Virus record (IMG/VR): IMGVR_UViG_2724679293_000011
Strand: one strand, 5' to 3'
Length of the DNA: 35,520 nucleotides
From: a virus
Taxonomy: Duplodnaviria; Heunggongvirae; Uroviricota; Caudoviricetes
Shown here: one piece after another, positions 29,508-35,520 of the stretch
Position numbering within the stretch: the first letter of the stretch is position 1
How the letters are laid out: the number at the start of each line of letters is the position of its first letter
Position numbers and translations under genes: made by a program
Notes under the pieces: model-generated
Databases searched by the model: none
What the model saw: only the letters and a program-made list of their open reading frames with translations
What the model was told of the DNA's origin: nothing

Positions 29508-29786
29508 TTACCTCCAGATCCGTTGCTGGAAAGTGCGGGACGCACGTGGTGGGCGTTCGGAGTAAGGCAATCTGACTGAGATTATCCAGTGACGGTAGTC
29601 GAGGCTAAGGGCTTTCTTAACCTCGTATCCGCGCCTGCGGTAACACTGAATTATCCATTCAGCCTGCTCTTCAGTGCATGGAGGGTGTTGGAACCATTCA
29701 GACTTGAATGCGTGAGAATACCGCTCGTGCGTGCAGACAAGAACGGGCGAATTATCAGAATTGTAATATTTTACGTTGCGTGCCAT
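29508..29786 (-). CDS. Hypothetical protein (92 aa), translationally coupled to ydfU
   Basis: Its stop overlaps the ydfU ribosome-binding site and start region; no family recognised. Confidence 0.5.
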   Translation of the reverse strand: MARNVKYYNSDNSPVLVCTHERYSHAFKSEWFQHPPCTEEQAEWIIQCYRRRGYEVKKALSLDYRHWIISVRLPYSERPPRASRTFQQRIWR

Positions 29787-29852
29787 CGGTTTTCTCCGGT
29801 GGCACGGTGTTACTCAGCGGGAGTTCAGCCCCGCGCAAGATTGTAGATGAGT

Positions 29853-30104
29853 TTATTCTTCTGCAAAAGCTGAAAAGCCTGCTTTTATTCCGATCTCTTT
29901 CAGTGCCTGTAATGAAGTGACAAACTCACCTTCGCGCAAGATAAATCCGTCTGTCACTCGACCATCCACAAAATTAATTAACGCAGCCCCATTCTTTCGC
30001 AAACACATAATGCGGTAATGACTAACAAAATTTCCATTTTCAACGCACACAGCATAGAGGCCATCTTCACAAAAAATTTTACGCAGTTCTTCGATGTTCA
30101 TCAT
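29853..30104 (-). CDS. Hypothetical protein (83 aa), possibly Rem-like
   Basis: 83-aa ORF MMNIEELRKIF... between hokD and ydfU, the position and length I recall for K-12 Qin rem; the sequence itself was not recognised. Confidence 0.5.
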   Translation of the reverse strand: MMNIEELRKIFCEDGLYAVCVENGNFVSHYRIMCLRKNGAALINFVDGRVTDGFILREGEFVTSLQALKEIGIKAGFSAFAEE

Positions 30105-30220
30105 CAGAATCCTTCCGGATAATTAGCTCTCCCCTTTAAGGGACCATCCCTCTTATCCCTGCGCGCTACTTAAGTATTTTTGATTCTATTCCGGCACCGT
30201 CCAGAACTTCAAACGCGTTG

Positions 30221-30252
30221 AAAATAAAAACAAAAACCCGCCGAAGCGGGTT
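30221..30252 (-). terminator. Rho-independent terminator downstream of hokD
   Basis: acccgc-cgaa-gcgggt hairpin followed on the minus strand by TTTTTGTTTTTATTTT; a second perfect hairpin (ggcgaggga-tttc-tccctcgcc, about 30292-30313) sits directly after the hokD stop. Confidence 0.55.
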
Positions 30253-30320
30253 AAGTGCGGGTGCGTTGAGGATGCCTGCCACATCAGAGGTGGCGAGGGA
30301 TTTCTCCCTCGCCGGGTTTC

Positions 30321-30476
30321 TTACTCCTCAGGTTCGTAAGCTGTGAAGACAGCGACCTCCGTCTGGCCGGTTCGGATTCGTACCTCGCAGAGGTCTTTCC
30401 TCGTTACCAGTGCCGTCACTATGACGGTTAAACAGATGACGATCAGGGCGATTAACATCGCCTTTTGCTGCTTCAT
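30321..30476 (-). CDS. hokD: Hok-family type I toxin (HokD/RelF-like)
   Basis: 51 aa, MKQQKAMLIALIVICLTVIVTALVTRKDLCEVRIRTGQTEVAVFTAYEPEE; an in-frame upstream extension to 30533 (MLDICRLASYVPKGKEKQA-) may be a mok-like leader. Confidence 0.85.
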   Translation of the reverse strand: MKQQKAMLIALIVICLTVIVTALVTRKDLCEVRIRTGQTEVAVFTAYEPEE

Positions 30477-30687
30477 AGCCTGCTTCTCCTTGCCTTTCGG
30501 CACGTAAGAGGCTAACCTACATATGTCTAGCATGAAATTGGCCTCAGATTAATGTTAAGCGTCTTGCAGGACGCGTAATGTTAACTGGGGCTTTTCTCTA
30601 TCTGCCGTTGGTGTTCATGCCCGAGGCAGATAGCCTCAAGCACCCGCAGCCATTCTACTTAACTACCGTTACCTCGCCAATGTGAAA

Positions 30688-30780
30688 TCAGTCAGAAAGG
30701 CGATCCATAAGAACAATAGCAAGACAATAAATCGCCATTACAGCCGTAATAGCCAGCGCACATTTGAGAACCAGCACCAC
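30688..30780 (-). CDS. Possible small hydrophobic peptide gene (29-30 aa, single predicted transmembrane helix)
   Basis: AGGAGG followed by GTG GTG ...; translation (M)VLVLKCALAITAVMAIYCLAIVLMDRLSD then TGA; about 150 nt upstream of hokD; below the ORF-track cut-off. Confidence 0.3.
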   Translation of the reverse strand: MVLVLKCALAITAVMAIYCLAIVLMDRLSD

Positions 30781-31150
30781 AACCTCCTGTATTGGACGTA
30801 GACCAGTCCTGATGAATATGAGGCTGTCTCGTCAGTGATTCAATACAACTATTGGGTATAGTTTCTCTGATTTTTTCTGTGGAAATGGGGCACAACCACT
30901 AGTCACCACCAGCACTTCTTTTAATACGCAAAGTCCGACACAAGCTAACCTTCTAGTCCGCTTTGAGCGAAAAACAGCCATAATTTAGTGCCACGTATAT
31001 AATGATAGAGCTATTCAAGCTAGCAATTCACATGTAAAAATTCAGAGGGTAGAAGCACATAGTTATAAATGTTGGCTCCATCGACAAATTGCGGTCTCAA
31101 GTACATTTATTAATGTTGCCCCCGCATTAACAAATCATCAAGGTGACGAC

Positions 31151-32938
31151 ATGGACGATATTAATATCAGCCTCGACGAACTTAACACTATTGATTTATC
31201 CCCCTTAATCCAGAGTAAGCTGCCAGTTACCTGCTTTGATATCACAAAGTATCTTTCTAGCCTAGGTGATGGAAGAGCGGAGATAAGACTGCTAACCCAT
31301 ATTTGCGGTTTTCACTTTCGTCCCGAAAATCCACAGGTACCATTTGGTCCGTGCTTTCAAAGCAGCCAAGGTAGATCTGCAATTCCGGATGACATTAACG
31401 GGTTGTCGCTGGAGGTACTTTCTCAATTTTGCCCGACGATAGAGCTACCCGAACTTCAAGCTCGTATTGCTGATACACTTTGGGTTCGTAAAATTGGTGG
31501 AATCCGTTTTCCTTTGCTGGCAGTCCGTGCTTATTATGCGTCCAGTATAGCTATTATGACATCGCAAGGGACGTGGGTTAGTGCTTTAGAACGCCTAGAG
31601 CGTGCGCTTAGGCTGTGTTGTTTTTTTCGAAAGCATACTGATTTCAGGGATGAATTTGATCAGCTTTCGGCACATCTACTAGCAGAGTATGAACGTACCA
31701 GAGAACAAGGCGATTCACCTTATCCGCTGCGACTCCTGCAACTCGATATCGACTGTAAAGTGAGTGAGCCATCTTTTATTGCCCAGGAACTCCTGTTTCT
31801 GACAAAAAACTATCTGGCTCAAAAATTATTTTCATTTGCCGTCGATGCCTGTAAAACCGCAATCCCGATTGCGAATAGGTGCTGTGACAGAGATACACAG
31901 TTTGAATTCTGGCGGCTTCTTGCCGATACACATCTGGAAGAGTCAAAATTCCAAGATGGCGGTATGATTTCGGCAGCCTGCATGCAGAATGCTATTGAAG
32001 CACTGGCTAATATTCCAGGAACCCGAATAGAACGTCTTGCGCTGTATGAAGAAATGCGTGATTACCAAATCGAATCCCGTCACCAGATGTCTATCCTTCA
32101 GTCTCCCCCTCAAGATATTAGTGAGATTGTCCATCAAGCCAAGAGTCGGGTAGTCGGAAGAGATTTGTTTGATATGGTTTTCAGACTTGCGATGCTGGTC
32201 TGTCGGCCAACCAGCATTGAGAGACTTAAGGCTCAAGCAATAGAACAAAAGGCCAACAGCATAGCTTGGATGTTTGGATCAACACATATTGATCATGAGG
32301 GAATGACACTTGCTCGCATACCCGCAGGATTGGGGATTGATGATGCAAATGGGGCAGTTATTTGGCCCATAATGATGACGAGAATGCGTATCGACCATGA
32401 GTTGGCAGTAGCTGGGCAAATTATTCCTGCTACAGATGAGATCACAATGAAATATCCAATCTCGGAGGCGTTTTTTCGCGATATGTTCATCAATCATCCC
32501 TTCATCCCGTTTGGGCATGAAGAGTTTTTCATCAAGGGTATGGTTTGCGGTTTCAATGGAGATTTTATGACGGCATGCCACGTGTTGATTCCCCAGATCG
32601 AAAATAGTCTGAGATATGTGGCTAAAATTAAAGGTGAGGAACCATCGCAGCTTCACGGGGACGGTTCGCAAGAGCGAAATGGACTCAAGGGATTACTAGA
32701 TAATCCACTGATTATTGAAGCTTTCGGCGTAGACATAATTGGCAATCTTCAGGCCTTACTGGTAGATAAAATCTATGGTGATTTACGAAATCAACTAGCT
32801 CACGGATATGTGCCTGCCGGTTACTACAATCAACCTCCCTGCATTTTTGCATGGTGGCTTGTATTGCACATTCTAATGAACCCTACGGCGAGATACTGGC
32901 AAGCCACTTATGGCCAAGAGAGTGAGGCTCAGACTTAA
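31151..32938 (+). CDS. Unknown 595-aa protein with C-terminal HEPN-like R-x4-H motif (LRNQLAHGY); candidate abortive-infection or defence effector
   Basis: Clean ATG ORF with an AAGGTGA ribosome-binding site on the strand opposite the surrounding prophage genes, and a long AT-rich leader; the motif R546-N-Q-L-A-H551 is encoded at 32786-32803; no Walker A/P-loop seen; family not recognised. Confidence 0.8.
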   Translation: MDDINISLDELNTIDLSPLIQSKLPVTCFDITKYLSSLGDGRAEIRLLTHICGFHFRPENPQVPFGPCFQSSQGRSAIPDDINGLSLEVLSQFCPTIELPELQARIADTLWVRKIGGIRFPLLAVRAYYASSIAIMTSQGTWVSALERLERALRLCCFFRKHTDFRDEFDQLSAHLLAEYERTREQGDSPYPLRLLQLDIDCKVSEPSFIAQELLFLTKNYLAQKLFSFAVDACKTAIPIANRCCDRDTQFEFWRLLADTHLEESKFQDGGMISAACMQNAIEALANIPGTRIERLALYEEMRDYQIESRHQMSILQSPPQDISEIVHQAKSRVVGRDLFDMVFRLAMLVCRPTSIERLKAQAIEQKANSIAWMFGSTHIDHEGMTLARIPAGLGIDDANGAVIWPIMMTRMRIDHELAVAGQIIPATDEITMKYPISEAFFRDMFINHPFIPFGHEEFFIKGMVCGFNGDFMTACHVLIPQIENSLRYVAKIKGEEPSQLHGDGSQERNGLKGLLDNPLIIEAFGVDIIGNLQALLVDKIYGDLRNQLAHGYVPAGYYNQPPCIFAWWLVLHILMNPTARYWQATYGQESEAQT

Positions 32939-33035
32939 AGTGAATAAGTTTACGAAGTTGGCACTTCCGGATGCATGTCCATATGAGTTGAGGCGATTTG
33001 GTTAATAAGGTTGAGTGCTGCTGAAATTATTCGAT

Positions 33036-33059
33036 GTCCGCTTTTGGCACAAAGCGGAC
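33036..33059. terminator. Perfect 9-bp stem hairpin in the convergent intergenic region between the 595-aa gene and the 133-aa gene
   Basis: gtccgcttt-tggcac-aaagcggac; no strong U-tract on either strand, so a terminator role is uncertain. Confidence 0.3.
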
Positions 33060-33156
33060 AACCACGCCAGATCTACCCTGTGCCATGAAAAATGAGAATG
33101 TCAATTCACTCCTGAACTAATGCTTTTTAATCTAGTAACGTCTAAAATACCTAACA

Positions 33157-33558
33157 TTATCCCTGATAAAATGCCAGTATGCGCTGCATAACTTCACTCA
33201 TCCGGCACTCGCGACAGATTATGTTTAGGCGACTGTCGTAGCGACGTATTTCTCCATCAGGTAACGACCAGATAAGGTCCGGATCAACCACAGCTGTTTT
33301 CTTCACCTTTGCCCTCGAGAGTTTTTTGCGGGCGTTTTGCCAGTCCTTACGCGCCTGTTCAGACGGGAATAACCCGTAGCCGGAGTTGTATACATCGCCA
33401 CTGGCTACCAGCTCTCTGGCAAGAACGCTCATCAGATATCTAGTCGCACCTGTTTTAGCTTCCAGTTGCCGTAACGTCTCACGACCGCTCTGGCGCACGA
33501 GTTCCACCACCTGCCCTTTAATTTTTTCCCGCTCTTCTTGTGTAAAAACTTTTGCCAC
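33157..33558 (-). CDS. Hypothetical basic protein (133 aa) immediately downstream of the O-like replication gene
   Basis: GTG start behind AAGGGGGA; C-terminal CxxC (CRECRM); occupies the position of a replication partner (P-like) but is too small and unlike lambda P. Confidence 0.55.
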   Translation of the reverse strand: MAKVFTQEEREKIKGQVVELVRQSGRETLRQLEAKTGATRYLMSVLARELVASGDVYNSGYGLFPSEQARKDWQNARKKLSRAKVKKTAVVDPDLIWSLPDGEIRRYDSRLNIICRECRMSEVMQRILAFYQG

Positions 33559-33598
33559 AAGTCCCCCTTAAAATTACCTCATGACCTGAAATCAAAAC

Positions 33599-34463
33599 TT
33601 ATCCTCTGAAACCAGGCGGAATTTCTGTATTCGGTTCAGAAATATGATTAACACAACGCTGTACAGGTGAACGCCCCAGGCGGATGACCAGTTCGTCCCA
33701 TTTTTCGCGGAGCTTTGACGGGCTCATGATGTTTTTTACCCAGAATGGATCCCGCTGTACCCGACCAAACATTTCACAAATTTGTCTGTGGCTTCTGCCA
33801 TCCAGCATCCGCATTGTGCGCACATCATTGGCCCAGACAGTCCAGTTAGGCTCTTTTGGTCGCATGATCTCGCCATCATCACTGGCGGCCTGTTCGTAGA
33901 GACCCACGATCCGCCCCCATATCCACTGCGCACACGCCAGATCCTCCTGGCTACCCCACTGGCGTTTTTTCGCACTAAACACAACTGCGCCAGGGTGCCG
34001 GATTAAAAAATCCTGTTCAGCCGTCTGCGGGTCCGGTTGCGAAGCTTCCGGACGAAAAGTGTTTTTATTCTCTGTAGTAATCTCTGTTGTATTCTCTGTA
34101 GGATCATCGGGCCATTTTGACCCGATGACATTGGGTCGTTTTGAACCAATGGAGCGTTTCATTTTGACCTCTTCCATCGTGTCATTTTGACCTGATGGAG
34201 CGGCGCATTTTGAACCGATGGATTCGCTCAATTTGCCATCATCTAAAAGCTCGCTCCCATAGTTAATCGTGTAGAAATTGGTCATATCGCGCTTTGATTT
34301 ATTGAGCTTTTCACAACGCAAAAGCCCCAGCGTTTTCAGACTTGCAAACGCGCGCTTTAACGTTGACTCTGACCAGAATGGGAACTGTTCCAGCCATTGT
34401 TCCGTTGTGTTGTAAATCCAGCGAACACCATCACATTCCATGCCGGAATTGGTATCTCTCAAC
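33599..34463 (-). pseudogene. Replication initiator (lambda O-like, iteron-binding), 5'-truncated by IS903 insertion
   Basis: The ORF 33599..34552 continues about 30 codons into the IS903 left end, so its native N-terminus is displaced; the gene body contains the iteron array, which shows up in the protein as repeated SIGSK-type peptides. Confidence 0.65.
34110..34230. repeat. Origin-like iteron array: five direct repeats with consensus CATTTTGAMCYGATGG at 22-25 bp spacing, adjacent to an AT-rich segment (34060-34105)
   Basis: Repeats begin near 34113, 34138, 34160, 34183 and 34206 and lie inside the O-like gene, as the lambda ori iterons lie inside O. Confidence 0.6.
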
Positions 34464-35520
34464 GGCTTTGTTGAATAAATCGAACTTTTGCTGAGTTGAA
34501 GGATCAGATCACGTATCTTCCCGACAACGCAGACCGTTCCGTGGCAAAGCAAAAGTTCAAAATCACCAACTGGCCCACCTACAATAAAGCCCTCATCAAC
34601 CGTGGCTCCATAACTTTCTGGCTGGATGATGAGGCGATTCAGGCCTGGTATGAGTCAGCAACACCTTCTTCACGAGGCAGACCTCAGCGCTATTCTGACC
34701 TTGCCATCACGACTGTGCTGGTCATTAAACGCGTATTCAGGCTGACCCTGCGCGCTGCGCAGGGCTTTATTGATTCCATTTTTTCTCTGATGAACGTTCC
34801 GCTACGCTGCCCGGATTACAGCTGTGTCAGCAGGCGGGCAAAGTCGGTTAATGTCAGTTTCAAAACGCCCACCCGGGGTGAAATCGCACACCTGGTAATT
34901 GATTCCACCGGGCTGAAGGTCTTCGGTGAAGGCGAGTGGAAAGTCAAAAAGCATGGCCAGGAACGCCGCCGTATCTGGCGTAAGCTGCATCTCGCCGTTG
35001 ACAGTAAAACACATGAAATCATCTGCGCTGACCTGTCGCTGAACAACGTTACGGACTCAGAGGCCTTCCCCGGGTTAATCCGGCAAACCCACCGGAAAAT
35101 CAGGTCAGCCGCCGCCGATGGCGCTTACGATACCCGGCTATGTCACGATGAACTGCGGCGTAAGAAAATCAGCGCGCTTATCCCTCCCCGAAAAGGTGCG
35201 GGTTACTGGCCCGGTGAATATGCAGACCGTAACCGTGCAGTGGCTAATCAGCGAATGACCGGGAGTAATGCGCGGTGGAAATGGACAACAGATTACAACC
35301 GTCGCTCGATAGCGGAAACGGCGATGTACCGGGTAAAACAGCTGTTCGGGGGTTCACTGACACTGCGTGACTACGATGGTCAGGTTGCAGAGGCTATGGC
35401 CCTGGTACGAGCGCTGAACAAAATGACGAAAGCAGGTATGCCTGAAAGCGTGCGTATTGCCTGAAAACACAACCCGCTACGGGGGAGACTTACCCGAAAT
35501 CTGATTTATTCAACAAAGCC
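34464..35520 (+). mobile_element. IS903-group insertion sequence (IS5 family), complete 1057-bp copy with 18-bp terminal inverted repeats
   Basis: Left end GGCTTTGTTGAATAAATC at 34464-34481 and its exact reverse complement at 35503-35520; length 1057 bp as recalled for IS903; the window ends at the last base of the element. Confidence 0.9.
34496..35464 (+). CDS. IS903 transposase (DDE, IS5 family)
   Basis: 322-aa ORF from a TTG start; ...KQKFKITNWPTYNKALINRGSITFWLDDEAIQAWYESATPSSRGRPQRYSDLAITTVLVIKRVFRLTLRAAQGF... matches IS903/IS102 transposase as recalled; the annotated start may be the internal GTG (307 aa). Confidence 0.9.
   Translation: MKDQITYLPDNADRSVAKQKFKITNWPTYNKALINRGSITFWLDDEAIQAWYESATPSSRGRPQRYSDLAITTVLVIKRVFRLTLRAAQGFIDSIFSLMNVPLRCPDYSCVSRRAKSVNVSFKTPTRGEIAHLVIDSTGLKVFGEGEWKVKKHGQERRRIWRKLHLAVDSKTHEIICADLSLNNVTDSEAFPGLIRQTHRKIRSAAADGAYDTRLCHDELRRKKISALIPPRKGAGYWPGEYADRNRAVANQRMTGSNARWKWTTDYNRRSIAETAMYRVKQLFGGSLTLRDYDGQVAEAMALVRALNKMTKAGMPESVRIA

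Noticed and set aside
30692-30895. 67-aa Cys/Gly-rich minus-strand ORF (MCPISTEK...GGCGAGSQMCAGYYGCNGDLLSCYCSYGSPF)
   Set aside because: It initiates at a TTG with no ribosome-binding site and uses rare codons. The strong AGGAGG inside it is positioned for the alternative-frame 30-codon hydrophobic peptide, which I consider the more likely real product.

Overview
The window is almost entirely one lambdoid prophage, resembling an intact relative of the E. coli K-12 Qin prophage, with nearly all genes on the minus strand. Reading from high to low coordinates: an IS903 copy (34464..35520) inserted in the 5' part of an O-like replication initiator that carries its own iteron origin; an accessory region holding an unexplained 595-aa plus-strand gene with a C-terminal HEPN-like R-x4-H motif (best candidate for an undescribed defence or abortive-infection gene), hokD without relBE, and a possible small hydrophobic peptide gene; ydfU and antiterminator Q; cold-shock genes cspB, cspI and a frameshifted cspF-like gene; the lysis cassette (holin, ydfR, lysozyme, Rz/Rz1); gnsB and ydfO-like morons; a candidate cos site; terminase small and large subunits, W, portal, a ClpP-type prohead protease plus major capsid gene split by a frameshift; and a lambda-like tail module (FII, Z, U, V, G, G-T, H, M, L, K, I, J), lom, and a repeat-expanded side tail fiber that runs off the window start. 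All family assignments come from reading the translations and recalled similarity to lambda and K-12 proteins; no database search was run. Coordinates not anchored to the ORF track may be off by 1-2 bp.
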